Shown here: in pieces, positions 49,293-59,066 of the stretch
Layout of the letters: each line of letters opens with the position of its first letter
How positions within the stretch are numbered: the first letter of the stretch is position 1
Assembly (NCBI GenBank): GCA_963990595.1
Contig: CAXDNE010000008.1
Location: 370-64,369 of the forward strand
Direction of reading: 5' to 3'
Length of the DNA: 64,000 nucleotides
DNA from: an uncultured Methylobacterium sp.
GTDB lineage: Bacteria > Pseudomonadota > Alphaproteobacteria > Rhizobiales > Beijerinckiaceae
The notes under the pieces: model-generated
Databases searched by the model: none
Told to the model about the DNA's origin: nothing
The model's input: only the letters and a program-made list of their open reading frames with translations
Program-made: the position numbers and the translations under genes

Positions 49293-49359
49293 TGGCCGAA
49301 AGCTGTCGGTCCGCTTCGGAGCAGTACGACCGGAAAAGCGGACGGCCTCCTATCGACCC
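49293..49359. repeat. Junction palindrome, copy B (67 bp)
   Basis: 58/67 identical to 27431-27497; degenerate half-copies just upstream (ATGTCTGCTTTGG ~49196, ATGTCCGCTC ~49256). Confidence 0.85.
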
Positions 49360-49513
49360 TGGTAAGACACAACAACGCAATATCTGCCGAGCTGAAAGCA
49401 GACGCGCTCTGCCGGTCCCGTTGGAGCTGTGTCGCTCGTAGCTGGCCGCTTCCACCGCCGTGCCATAATGGGCCTACTACGCAGGATATTTTCGCCGATC
49501 ACAGTCCCGTCGG

Positions 49514-49891
49514 TTAGCGGGCATGGACGATGGCTTCAACGATTTCCTTCGTGCCGTAGGGTTTGGCCACGAACAGGCCGTGGTCTGGCACCTCTTCGTT
49601 GGCGAGACGCTGCCGCCCGGAGGTCAGAATAAGTTGGATATCGGGCCACAACGCGTGAACGCGTGCGGCTAGGGTTTTGCCGCACATGGACCCGGGCATG
49701 TCGATGTCAGTGAACAGCACGCCGATGTTCGTATGGCGCTTCAGGATGGCCCAGGCCTCGTCAGCATCGCAGGCCTCGACCACCGCCAAGCCAGCATCTT
49801 CCAGCATCTCGACAGCGTACAGGCGCACGAATTCGTTGTCCTCGACGACGAGGACCATCGAGGTATTCAAAGGGGGCTTTGCGGACATCAC
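49514..49891 (-). CDS. Single-domain response regulator (receiver)
   Basis: VLVVEDNE, LFTDIDMPG, LTSG and FVAKPY. Confidence 0.92.
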   Translation of the reverse strand: MMSAKPPLNTSMVLVVEDNEFVRLYAVEMLEDAGLAVVEACDADEAWAILKRHTNIGVLFTDIDMPGSMCGKTLAARVHALWPDIQLILTSGRQRLANEEVPDHGLFVAKPYGTKEIVEAIVHAR

Positions 49892-50078
49892 GCATCAACT
49901 TGGATCCCGCAGGTTGGTTTCCGCCGCTCCATCCAAGACCGGAAGCGGCGCGTAGTCCCGTTCACTGCGGGGAATGACGGCGGGCAGAAGCTAGACCGGA
50001 GCCGGAACGTCGTCTGCGAGTTATGTCCCGGCGTCGTACCGGGCGTGTTGTCCCGATAGGCATGCACCCGAGGAGCGC

Positions 50079-51056
50079 ATGAACGAGATTCCCGAATTGA
50101 CGAGCGACGGCTGGACGCTGGCAAATTTCACCGGCGCGATCCACCGGGGCGGCGTCGGCCTCTGGGCGTGGTCGCCGACCCAGCGGAAGGCTCAGCTCGA
50201 CAGCCTATGCTGTGAGTTCTGGGGGGTCTCGGAAACCGTCATCGACATCGACGCGCTATTCGCGCGCGTCAGCGCCGACGACCGCACAGCGATGGTGGAG
50301 GAATGGGCGGCCAGCGAGCGGAACCCACATCCCTACAGTTTCGACTTCCGCATCGGCGATGGTGCGGACGCACGCTGGATCTCGGCGCGAGGCGTCGGCG
50401 GGGATGCCGGTCGGGTCGGGGAATGGATCCAGGCCATTTTCCTCGACGTCACTGACCGCAAGAGGGCCGAAGAAGCCGAGCGGCTTCTAACTGCCGAGCT
50501 CGCTCACCGCGTCTCGAACATGTTTGCGGTGGCCCGGGCGCTGACGTCCATCGTCGCCCGAGACGCCAAGTCGGCGCCACTATTCGCTGAAGACCTGTCG
50601 CGGCGGTTCGGCGTGCTTCACGAGGCGACGGCCCTAGCGACGCGCGCGCAGCGTAACGACCACGGAAACGTCCCGATGGTCGTCCTCGCAGAGCGCATTT
50701 TGGCACCGTACCGGAACGGCGCCAATATCGAGATCGACATTGACGACACGGTGGTCGTTCCCCCAAACAAGATCAATGACTTCGCGATGATCTTCCACGA
50801 ACTCGCCACTAACTCCGCTAAGTACGGTGCCCTGTCGGGAGGCGGGTCACTGAGAGTTCAGGGACAGATGGGCGGCGATGGGTTGCGCGTGACGTGGCAC
50901 GAAGGTCCAGCGGATGCCGACGTGCCCAAGGCCGATGGGACTGGGTTCGGCTCGCGGCTACTCAAGCAGACTATCGAGCGCAGCTTGAGCGGTCGCTTCG
51001 AGCGCACCATCGACGGGAGTGGCCTACGCTTCGAGATGACCGTCCCAAAGGCCTGA
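50079..51056 (+). CDS. HWE-family sensor histidine kinase with PAS-like domain
   Basis: ELAHRVSN, FHELATNSAKYGALS, TWHE and GFGSRLL. Confidence 0.92.
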   Translation: MNEIPELTSDGWTLANFTGAIHRGGVGLWAWSPTQRKAQLDSLCCEFWGVSETVIDIDALFARVSADDRTAMVEEWAASERNPHPYSFDFRIGDGADARWISARGVGGDAGRVGEWIQAIFLDVTDRKRAEEAERLLTAELAHRVSNMFAVARALTSIVARDAKSAPLFAEDLSRRFGVLHEATALATRAQRNDHGNVPMVVLAERILAPYRNGANIEIDIDDTVVVPPNKINDFAMIFHELATNSAKYGALSGGGSLRVQGQMGGDGLRVTWHEGPADADVPKADGTGFGSRLLKQTIERSLSGRFERTIDGSGLRFEMTVPKA

Positions 51057-51435
51057 CGCACGGACCGCTTAAGGTGCGATGTCAGCAGCTCTATCGGATG
51101 GTACGTACGCCCACGCCAGGTGCCCTATGGCCGACTTAGCCAATTGGCGGGCATCCGCTCTTCCGATCTATTTCTCAAGAATCCGACGGACCGAAATCCA
51201 CCCGAAGCTGCCTCGGCATCAAGTTCGCCTCAGCATGTCGGAATGCGCTGCGACCATGGCTGCCACGATGCTCGCGTAGACGCGCCAGCGAAGGATCGGT
51301 GGATGGTCTTAAAGGCAGATTACCCCGGGCAATACCAAACGGCCTACGACGTCACAGGGGGGCATAACAGGGCAGCTATAACTCTCCTCACGCGTTGCGG
51401 CATGAGTTTGCTGCAGCGCATGATCAGGTGATTCA

Positions 51436-52473
51436 ATGACTGAAACGAAACCGCGGGTCGCGCTGGGGCTCCAGGGGGGAGGCTCCTACGGTGCCTACGG
51501 ATGGGGGGTGATCGACCGACTCCTAGAGGAGCATGTCGAAATCGTCGCCGTCAGCGGCGCGAGCGCGGGTGCGCTCAACGGCTCCGCCTTGGTGTCGGGA
51601 CTCGCCGTCGGTGGCGACGACGGAGCCAGGGATGCGCTGACCCGCCTTTGGCAGACTACGGCCGATCGATCGCCGCTGCGGAGCTTCGATGATTTCGGTG
51701 CCTTCGCACCGATGCTGAACCCATTCCTCACGCACTCGTTGGCCGCTTTCCGTGAGGTCTCGCCCTACTTCGCGCCGTTCCTGCCATCCATACGTGACAT
51801 GCACCTGCTGCGCTCGGTGGCGCGCGCGAGCCTTGATCTGGATCTGGTCGCCCGGCAGACGCGGGTGCCGTTCTTCGTGTCGGCAACCGATATCCTGTCT
51901 GGCGCGGCGCGGGTGTTCACAGGGAACGAGGTGACGCTGGATGCGCTGATGGCTTCGTGTTGCCTACCGGAACTGTTCGCACCGGTGGAGATCGCCGGGC
52001 GGCGGTACTGGGACGGCGGCTACTCAGCCAATCCCGCGCTGGAGCCGCTGGTGTACGGCGGGCATGGTGCCACCGACCTCATCGTCGTACAGCTGACGCC
52101 GTTCGTCACGGAGGACGTCGGCGTATTGCCGTCAGAGCGGGCGGGCCGCGTGAGCGACATTAGCTTCAACGCATGTCTAATCCGCGATCTGAAGACCCTT
52201 GCCGAGCTCAAGCGCTATGCCCTCGCATCGGTTACGCGGGACGCGCACATGCAGGCCGTGGCGGACATCAATATCCATCTGCTCCATGCACCGGGCGAAC
52301 TGTCGAGCGGGGGCGTGAGCAAACTCGACACGCGCTGGTCGACGCTGACTGGCTTGCGCGACCTCGGTCGCGAGACAGCAGAGCGATGGCTCGCGGACGT
52401 AGGTGAGCGGATCGGCTCGGGTTCGAACCTGCAGGCTCTCGAAGAGGCGGTGAACGCGCCTCACGCAGCCTGA
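51436..52473 (+). CDS. Patatin-like phospholipase
   Basis: LQGGGSYG, GASAG and WDGGY motifs. Confidence 0.9.
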   Translation: MTETKPRVALGLQGGGSYGAYGWGVIDRLLEEHVEIVAVSGASAGALNGSALVSGLAVGGDDGARDALTRLWQTTADRSPLRSFDDFGAFAPMLNPFLTHSLAAFREVSPYFAPFLPSIRDMHLLRSVARASLDLDLVARQTRVPFFVSATDILSGAARVFTGNEVTLDALMASCCLPELFAPVEIAGRRYWDGGYSANPALEPLVYGGHGATDLIVVQLTPFVTEDVGVLPSERAGRVSDISFNACLIRDLKTLAELKRYALASVTRDAHMQAVADINIHLLHAPGELSSGGVSKLDTRWSTLTGLRDLGRETAERWLADVGERIGSGSNLQALEEAVNAPHAA

Positions 52474-52735
52474 GTCGAAGCTCAGCCTGTCTCCTACGTG
52501 AAGACCGTGGTGCGGGGTGTCATCCCCGCTCCGCTACCGAAGCGCAGCTTTATACCGGCTGCGGCGGTGTAGTTGCCCTGGCTGCCCCCAAGGCAGCGGT
52601 TCGACGTCGGTAGTGGGCCCGTCGGTTGAAGACGCCAGCAGTCTGTCGATCTAAGGCAGTGCATGCGCAGTGCTCACAGAACTAGGTTGGCCTAGCCCAT
52701 CTGGGCCGCGGACCAACCTATAACGAAACCCGGTC

Positions 52736-52795
52736 ATTCCGCTTCCGACCCAACTAAGTCATTCACATACAGCCATGCGGATCCCGAAAGCGGAC
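52736..52795. repeat. Junction palindrome, degenerate copy
   Basis: ATTCCGCTTCCGACCC...CCCGAAAGCGGAC, between the patatin and GntR genes. Confidence 0.65.
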
Positions 52796-52848
52796 GCATG
52801 TTTCGCGGTGTCACGATGCGTCAAAGGCTTTACTGCGCTGATCAGAGC

Positions 52849-53631
52849 CTATCGCTCGACTTTCTGACGTGTCGAAACCCGAACCCGATTCAGCCTGCGC
52901 AAGGATACCTGCAGACGCGCTTCCGATGCCTTGATCTCATTTAGGGCGTGGTGCGTGTAGTGGATGTGTGCCTCAGCGGCATTGCCGGCTTCCTCCGCGT
53001 TCCCGGCCATCACGCTGTCGAAGATCGCCCGATGTTGCGCACGCAGTTGGTCGCGCGTCTCCGGACGGGAGAACAAGGTCTCGCGGTTCTCGATCACACC
53101 CTGACGGAGCAGGCCGGACAACGCCCGCATCGTGTGCAGCACAACGAGGTTGTGGCTCGCCTCGTAGACCGCGATGTGCAGGTCGACATCCGCCTCCGCC
53201 TCCTCGCGCCGGACGCCGCTCTCGTGAGCGCGGTCGATGCGATCCATACAGAGGCTGAGCCGCTCGCGATCGACGCTGTTCGCGCGTTCGGCCGCGAGGC
53301 GGGCCGCTAGCCGTTCGGTCGTCGCCCGGAACTCCAGGTAATCGTCCACGACCTCCGCATGGGAGGCGATGAGCGCGATCAGCGGGTCCGTGATCCCGCG
53401 GCCGAGGGCGGCCACCGAGCGTCCGGTGGGCGTTTGGACGATGAGGCCTTCGTCCTCCAGGATCTTGATGCCCTGTCGCAAGGTCGGGCGCGACACGTTG
53501 AGCTGCACGGCCAGATCACGCTCGGGCAGCAGATGATCGCCGGGGCTGAGAGAACCCTCGCGGATCAGGTCCTTCAGGTGGCGCGCCGTGCTCTCGGCAG
53601 CGCTCGCCCCCTTGATCGGGTCCTCCTCCAT
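52849..53631 (-). CDS. GntR/FadR-family regulator (LldR/GlcC-like)
   Basis: LLPERDLAVQLNVSRPTLRQGI HTH and FCD domain (ADVDLHIAVYEASHN). Divergent from lldP-lldD. Confidence 0.92.
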   Translation of the reverse strand: MEEDPIKGASAAESTARHLKDLIREGSLSPGDHLLPERDLAVQLNVSRPTLRQGIKILEDEGLIVQTPTGRSVAALGRGITDPLIALIASHAEVVDDYLEFRATTERLAARLAAERANSVDRERLSLCMDRIDRAHESGVRREEAEADVDLHIAVYEASHNLVVLHTMRALSGLLRQGVIENRETLFSRPETRDQLRAQHRAIFDSVMAGNAEEAGNAAEAHIHYTHHALNEIKASEARLQVSLRRLNRVRVSTRQKVER

Positions 53632-53702
53632 CTCCCGCCCCCACTCACCCGTACCAACCCGCCCGGCCTGACAACTGTAGCTCGGGCAAGCGCCATGTCC
53701 AG

Positions 53703-53731
53703 TTGACATGATTGGTAAAATAGTTTTACCA
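53703..53731 (+). promoter_or_regulatory. TTGACA -35 box overlapping a perfect FadR-family operator TGGTAAAA-TAG-TTTTACCA
   Basis: TTGACA at 53703-53708; inverted repeat at 53713-53731 matches the TGGT...ACCA consensus of LldR/GlcC/PdhR. Confidence 0.85.
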
Positions 53732-53884
53732 GAACATTGCCTGCGGTTTAATAATGAGCCCTGGCGTCGGTTCAGCTCGATGAAGGCGGCCCTGGTTCTG
53801 CGCGCGTACGCCACACGCGCGGGGCGACGATAGGTGCTGGCTCGATCACGGCTCGGATCGGACCACCATCGGGAGGACCATGCC

Positions 53885-55552
53885 TTGAGTTGGAACCAAG
53901 TCTACGATCCCCTGGGCAGCGCGCTCTGGTCGACGGCGCTCGCCGCCCTGCCGATCGTCGTGCTGCTTGGCGGCATCGGCCTGCTGCACCTGAAGGCGCA
54001 CGTCGCGGCTCTGCTGGGCCTCGTCGTGGCGCTCTGCGTCGCCGTGATAGGCTTCGGGATGCCGGCCCCGATGGCCGGGGCCACCGCCGTCTACGGCGCG
54101 GCGTTCGGCCTGCTGCCGATCGGCTGGATCATCCTCAACGTCATCTTCCTCTACCGGCTTACGGAGCGGACCGGGCAGTTCGACATCCTGCGCGACTCGA
54201 TTGCCGGCATCACGCCGGATCGGCGGCTGCAACTCCTGTTCATCGCGTTCTCGTTCGGCGCCTTCTTCGAGGGTGCGGCCGGCTTCGGCACGCCGGTGGC
54301 GGTGACGGCCGCGATGCTGATGGGCCTCGGCTTCACGCCGCTGGCCGCTGCGGGCCTCTCGCTCATCGCCAACACGGCGCCCGTCGCCTACGGCGCGCTC
54401 GGCGCTCCCGTGATCGCGCTCTCAGCGGTCACGGGGCTCGATCTCATCGCGCTGTCCGCGATGATCGGCCGGCAGCTGCCGTTCTTCTCCCTCCTCGTGC
54501 CGTTCTGGCTGATCTGGGCGTTCGCCGGCCGCAAGGGCATGCTGGAGGTCTGGCCGGCGCTGCTCGTGGCCGGTCTCTCGTTCGCGGTTCCGCAGTATCT
54601 CGTCTCGAACTTCCACGGCCCCTGGCTCGTAGACGTGGTCGCGGCGATCTGCTCGATGGCGGCGCTCGCCGGCTTCCTGCGCGTCTGGCAGCCCGCTCGC
54701 ATCTGGACCGCAACCGATGTCGCCGCAGGAACGGCTCCGGTCGCTGAGCGGCGGACTCACTCCCCCGGCACGGTGTTCCGCGCCTGGCTGCCCTGGCTGA
54801 TCCTGTCGCTGTTCGTCTTCGCCTGGGGCACGCCGCAGTTCCGCGCCTGGCTCGACGCCCTCTGGGTGTGGAAGATGCCGGTGCCCTACCTGCACAACCT
54901 GGTCTTCAAGATGCCGCCGGTTGTCGCCGCGAGTCACAGCGAGGCCGCGATCTATACCCTCAACCTGCTCTCGGCGACGGGCACCGGCATCCTGCTCTCG
55001 GCGATCGTGGGCGGCCTGATCCTCGGCTTCAGCCCGCACAAGCTGCTGCGCGAGTACGGCCGCACCGCTTGGCTCGTGCGCTACTCCCTGATCACGATCT
55101 CGGCGATGCTGGCGCTGGGCTACGTCACCAAATACTCGGGCACCGACGCGACGCTGGGCCTCGCCTTCGCGCAGACCGGCTGGATCTACCCGTTCTTCGG
55201 GGCGATGCTCGGCTGGCTCGGCGTGGCGCTGACGGGTTCTGACACGGCCTCGAACGTGTTGTTCGGCGGCCTGCAGAAGATCACCGCGGAGCAGCTCGGC
55301 CTGTCGCCGACCCTGATGGCGGCCTCGAATTCCTCGGGCGGTGTCATGGGCAAGATGATCGATGCGCAGTCGATCGTCGTCGCCTCCACGGCGACGCAGT
55401 GGTACGGCGGAGAGGCGAAGATCCTGCGCTACGTCTTCTTCCACTCGATCGCGCTCGCCTGCCTCGTCGGCCTCCTGGTGATGCTGCAGGCCTACGTGCC
55501 GCCATTCACCGCCATGGTGCCGGCCGCGGCGATCCCGACCCTCGCTCATTGA
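53885..55552 (+). CDS. lldP: L-lactate/glycolate permease
   Basis: WNQVYDP, FGAFFEGAAGFGTP, ALTGSDTASNVLFG and GKMIDAQSI. TTG start after GGAGG. Confidence 0.93.
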   Translation: MSWNQVYDPLGSALWSTALAALPIVVLLGGIGLLHLKAHVAALLGLVVALCVAVIGFGMPAPMAGATAVYGAAFGLLPIGWIILNVIFLYRLTERTGQFDILRDSIAGITPDRRLQLLFIAFSFGAFFEGAAGFGTPVAVTAAMLMGLGFTPLAAAGLSLIANTAPVAYGALGAPVIALSAVTGLDLIALSAMIGRQLPFFSLLVPFWLIWAFAGRKGMLEVWPALLVAGLSFAVPQYLVSNFHGPWLVDVVAAICSMAALAGFLRVWQPARIWTATDVAAGTAPVAERRTHSPGTVFRAWLPWLILSLFVFAWGTPQFRAWLDALWVWKMPVPYLHNLVFKMPPVVAASHSEAAIYTLNLLSATGTGILLSAIVGGLILGFSPHKLLREYGRTAWLVRYSLITISAMLALGYVTKYSGTDATLGLAFAQTGWIYPFFGAMLGWLGVALTGSDTASNVLFGGLQKITAEQLGLSPTLMAASNSSGGVMGKMIDAQSIVVASTATQWYGGEAKILRYVFFHSIALACLVGLLVMLQAYVPPFTAMVPAAAIPTLAH

Positions 55553-55634
55553 GGCTGCCGGGCCGGGGGCGAGCGATCCCTCCCGGCCATCCTTCTGCTC
55601 TGGCGATGGCGCCACGCGCCCACGGGGATCCGAG

Positions 55635-56780
55635 ATGCGACTGAAGAGCTGCCACAGCTTCCACGATTTCCGCCGCATGGCGAAGGCCCGGCTGCCCGGG
55701 CCGATCTTCGATTACATCGACGGGGCGGCCGACGACGAGGTCACGTACCGGCGCAACACGACGGCCTTCGACCGGTGCGACCTGGTGCCGAACGTCCTGC
55801 GCGGCGTCGGCGATATCGACCTGTCCGTGACGGTCATGGGCCAGCGGCTCGCGCTGCCGGTCTACTGCTCGCCCACGGCTCTTCAGCGGCTATTCCATCA
55901 TCAGGGGGAACGCGCCGTCGCCGCTGCGGCGGGCAAGTACGGGACGATGTTCGGCGTCTCCTCGCTCGGGACCGTAAGCCTGGAGGAAGCGCGTCGCATC
56001 AGCGGCGGTCCCCAGGTCTACCAGTTCTACTTCCACAAGGACCGCGGCTTGAATCGCGAGATGATGGCCCGGGCCAAGCAGGCCGGCATCGAGGTCATGA
56101 TGCTGACCGTCGACAGCATCACGGGAGGGAACCGCGAGCGCGACAAGCGGACGGGCTTCTCGATCCCGTTCCGGCTTACCCTCGCCGGGATGATGCAATT
56201 CGCGATGAAGCCGGCCTGGGGGATCAACTATGTCACGCACGAGAGCTTCAAGCTCCCGCAACTTGATGGCCACGTGGATATGGGCGGCGGGGCACTCTCT
56301 ATCAGCCGCTACTTCACCGAGATGCTCGATCCCAGCCTGTCATGGGACGACGTCGCCGCCATGGTGCGTGAGTGGGGCGGCCAATTCTGCCTGAAGGGCG
56401 TGATGTCGGTGGAGGACGCCAAGCGTGCGGTCGACATCGGCTGCACCGGCATCATCCTGTCGAACCACGGCGGGCGCCAGCTCGACGGCTCACGCACGGC
56501 CTTCGACCAGCTCGCCGAGATCGTGGACGCGGTCGGCGACCGGATCGACGTGATCATGGACGGCGGCGTCCAGCGCGGCACCCATGTCTTGAAGGCGTTG
56601 TCAGTCGGAGCGAAGGCCGTCGGCCTCGGACGCTACTACCTGTTCCCCCTCGCTGCGGCTGGTCAGGCCGGGGTCGAACGCGCATTGGACCTGATGCGGT
56701 CCGAGATCGAAAGGGACATGCGGTTGATGGGTTGCGCATCCGTCGATCAGCTGACCCGGAGCAACTTGCGCTTCTCCTGA
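55635..56780 (+). CDS. lldD: FMN-dependent alpha-hydroxy acid (L-lactate) dehydrogenase
   Basis: FDYIDGAADDE, SNHGGRQLDG and MDGGVQRGTHVLKAL. Confidence 0.92.
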   Translation: MRLKSCHSFHDFRRMAKARLPGPIFDYIDGAADDEVTYRRNTTAFDRCDLVPNVLRGVGDIDLSVTVMGQRLALPVYCSPTALQRLFHHQGERAVAAAAGKYGTMFGVSSLGTVSLEEARRISGGPQVYQFYFHKDRGLNREMMARAKQAGIEVMMLTVDSITGGNRERDKRTGFSIPFRLTLAGMMQFAMKPAWGINYVTHESFKLPQLDGHVDMGGGALSISRYFTEMLDPSLSWDDVAAMVREWGGQFCLKGVMSVEDAKRAVDIGCTGIILSNHGGRQLDGSRTAFDQLAEIVDAVGDRIDVIMDGGVQRGTHVLKALSVGAKAVGLGRYYLFPLAAAGQAGVERALDLMRSEIERDMRLMGCASVDQLTRSNLRFS

Positions 56781-57079
56781 CGGGGTCCGGGCTTGCCGCT
56801 GTCGCGGGCCGTTGCAAGGCACCGCGATGCGGTTGAGCGCGGGTCCGCGAATCCTAGGAAAGACGGAGCATCGCCGGTCGTCCAGGCTTTTCAGCCGGAT
56901 CGCAATCGGGATGCGCGCCCGAGGGGATCGAGCCCTTGGAAGATGTCCGGCGCCGTGTCGCAGCCGACGGGCCGGATCAACTTGGTCCGGTCGATCATCG
57001 GCTCCCGCATCGACGGCAGCTCGGGCGTGGCGCTTAAGCCGGGTGAAATACGGCTCACCGGAACGTTGAGGAGGTCATC

Positions 57080-57301
57080 TTGCGTCCGCTCACGCCGCAC
57101 GAACTCAAGATCTTGGCGGCCCTCGACGACGAATTCATGAGCGCATCAGTCATCAAGATCCGGTCTGGCCACTCCAGCTCCGATCCCATCGACGGCGTCT
57201 GCGCGGCCTGCATCGAACTTGAGCGAAGAGGTCTGGCGGAGCGGACAGGGTCAGGTCGACGGTCGAAAAACCGCTGGCGTCGATCGCCGCAGATCAACTG
57301 A
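57080..57301 (+). CDS. Small hypothetical protein, possible winged-HTH
   Basis: 73 aa, LKILAAL...CIELERRGLAER; followed by AT-rich DNA. Confidence 0.35.
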   Translation: MRPLTPHELKILAALDDEFMSASVIKIRSGHSSSDPIDGVCAACIELERRGLAERTGSGRRSKNRWRRSPQIN

Positions 57302-57475
57302 GCTTGAATTGGGAAATTATATATCGAAGACAAATTTCTAGATTTATTGGTTTTAGTTTAACCTTTCTTACTTCGATATTTAAGCTCGGAGGGGTTTGTA
57401 TTAAAGCGAATTTTTGCTATTTGATTACTCGAATTAAGATCTGTCGCTTCGCTTTCGGCATGAATTTGCTGCTGC

Positions 57476-57620
57476 CGAGCGTCCGCTTCTCCCGATCTGT
57501 GCCCGAAACCGGAACTGCAGAAATCCACCCGGCGCAGTCATTCAGACCCCGTCCACGGGACGGGATCTGGCCGAAAGCGGTCTGGCAGCTTTCGGTCGCG
57601 CGAGGCGCTAAACCGGACAC
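57476..57620. repeat. Junction palindromes, degenerate copies
   Basis: GTCCGCTTC...CCCGAAACCGGAA and TGGCCGAAAGCGG...CAGCTTTCGG...AAACCGGAC (from 57568). Confidence 0.65.
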
Positions 57621-57988
57621 CGCAGCGTTCTCGCTGCCGGCTACCGACGGATACCTTTTCTCGACATTTGAATTTCCGACGCAGTATTCCAAGAGAATCC
57701 GGCAGCCTCGGCGGGCGCAACACATGCATAGACCGCGTTTGTTGAAAAACTTTCCTTTTATCTGCATCGCTGAGCGCGCTACCTATCGTTGAATTCCGAT
57801 TGGGCAAGCAATGTGGAACAGCGCAGCTAGAACTCATCCTTGCCGGTCAGCTCACAGAGAGAAGCTGGAACTGTCCGTCCGCTACAGATGCGCCTTTAGA
57901 CAACAATCGCCGGCATCTTCTCCTGACACCGACCGAAGACAGAGATATGATTTTGTATAATAATTCTGCATATGTTTAACCGATACTA

Positions 57989-58657
57989 TTATTTATTTTT
58001 GCACCAGGCCAGAAACATTCTGACACCTTCTCTTACTTGATCTTCAATTTCTATTGAAGAAGGACGCTCACCTAGAAGCATTCGCTCTCGGATCTGTCCT
58101 GTCGTCACGGACACAAACAACTGAACGGCGGTCGAGACATCCTTGATCACGAGCACACGTCGAGCGACTTGATCGGTGAGATACGCCGTCACGACTTCAC
58201 GGAACGCGTCGGTGCTCTCTCGATAAAGCGTTACGAGGTGGGGGAAGCGACCGGCTTCCGTGATGACAAGCCTGTAGAGTCCGAACTCACGCTCCGATGT
58301 CCAATGGTAGGCGGTGGTCAGGGCAAAGGTCGTCAGACCTTGCTCGGGGCTGATTGAGCCATCCATCAGCTCCTGTGCCAGTCCTTCGCGCGAGGCTTCC
58401 GTTAGGTGAACCACGACTGCCAGCAGCAACTCGTCCTTTGTGGCGTAGCGCGCGTAGATCGTCTTGGGCGAAACTCCTGCGGTACGGGCTACACGCGCGA
58501 TATTTGCCCCCTCATAGCCGTATGTCAGAAACTCGGCAGTGACGATGTCCATCAGCCGATCCTGACGTGCCTGGATCGTTGCCGCGCGCGGGCGTCCGGG
58601 GCTGAGGGCACGCTTCCGCGACGCCAACGGCGACGCCTCTTTCTGGCTTGTCGTCAC
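57989..58657 (-). CDS. TetR/AcrR family regulator
   Basis: EFLTYGYEGANIARVARTAGVSPKTIYARYATKDELL. GTG start at 58657 after GGAGG. Confidence 0.92.
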   Translation of the reverse strand: MTTSQKEASPLASRKRALSPGRPRAATIQARQDRLMDIVTAEFLTYGYEGANIARVARTAGVSPKTIYARYATKDELLLAVVVHLTEASREGLAQELMDGSISPEQGLTTFALTTAYHWTSEREFGLYRLVITEAGRFPHLVTLYRESTDAFREVVTAYLTDQVARRVLVIKDVSTAVQLFVSVTTGQIRERMLLGERPSSIEIEDQVREGVRMFLAWCKNK

Positions 58658-58687
58658 TGCATACCTCCCCGTGACATTCCTACTTGA

Positions 58688-58709
58688 AAAGGAACTTATT
58701 ATTTCCTTT
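58688..58709. promoter_or_regulatory. Candidate TetR operator AAAGGAA-N8-TTCCTTT
   Basis: Inverted repeat in the short divergent interval between tetR and the P450 operon. Confidence 0.6.
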
Positions 58710-58747
58710 ATGGTTCTACGACGGGGGCGCATCCAGAGAGCCGCATC

Positions 58748-59005
58748 ATGTCGCGTTTGACCCTCCTAATCCTATTCCTCGTCGTCGGTACCAGTCTCAA
58801 CGGCGCCGCTGCCGAGACAAGTATCACGGAAGCGACCTTGGCGTGTCGCAGCGACGTCCTGCGCCTGTGCGCTGAGGACGTGCCCAACCGTCCGGCGATC
58901 ATCGCCTGCATGCATCAACACCGCGAGCAGTTGAGTGCTCGGTGCGGTGCCGTGTTCGATGAGGGGACGAGCGCGCCATCCTCCGCCGGGAGGTCACACG
59001 ACTGA
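58748..59005 (+). CDS. Small secreted Cys-rich protein
   Basis: Signal peptide followed by ACRSDVLRLC...P....IIACM...LSARC; paralogue of 30071-30343. Confidence 0.82.
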   Translation: MSRLTLLILFLVVGTSLNGAAAETSITEATLACRSDVLRLCAEDVPNRPAIIACMHQHREQLSARCGAVFDEGTSAPSSAGRSHD

Positions 59006-59066
59006 CGCTCCGCGTCCTCCAGTGACTGCCGCCACCGGCGCTTGCCCCTTCGACGGAGTGTCATCC

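Noticed and set aside
52500-52730. Possible tRNA or ncRNA (GCTGCC-CCCAA-GGCAGC hairpin, TAGGTTGG...CCAACCTA inverted repeat)
   Set aside because: No cloverleaf, T-loop or CCA end; isolated hairpins only.
27431-57620. CRISPR array interpretation of the palindromic repeats or CCATGG clusters
   Set aside because: Copies are degenerate, kilobases apart or irregularly spaced, with no constant-length spacers and no cas genes.
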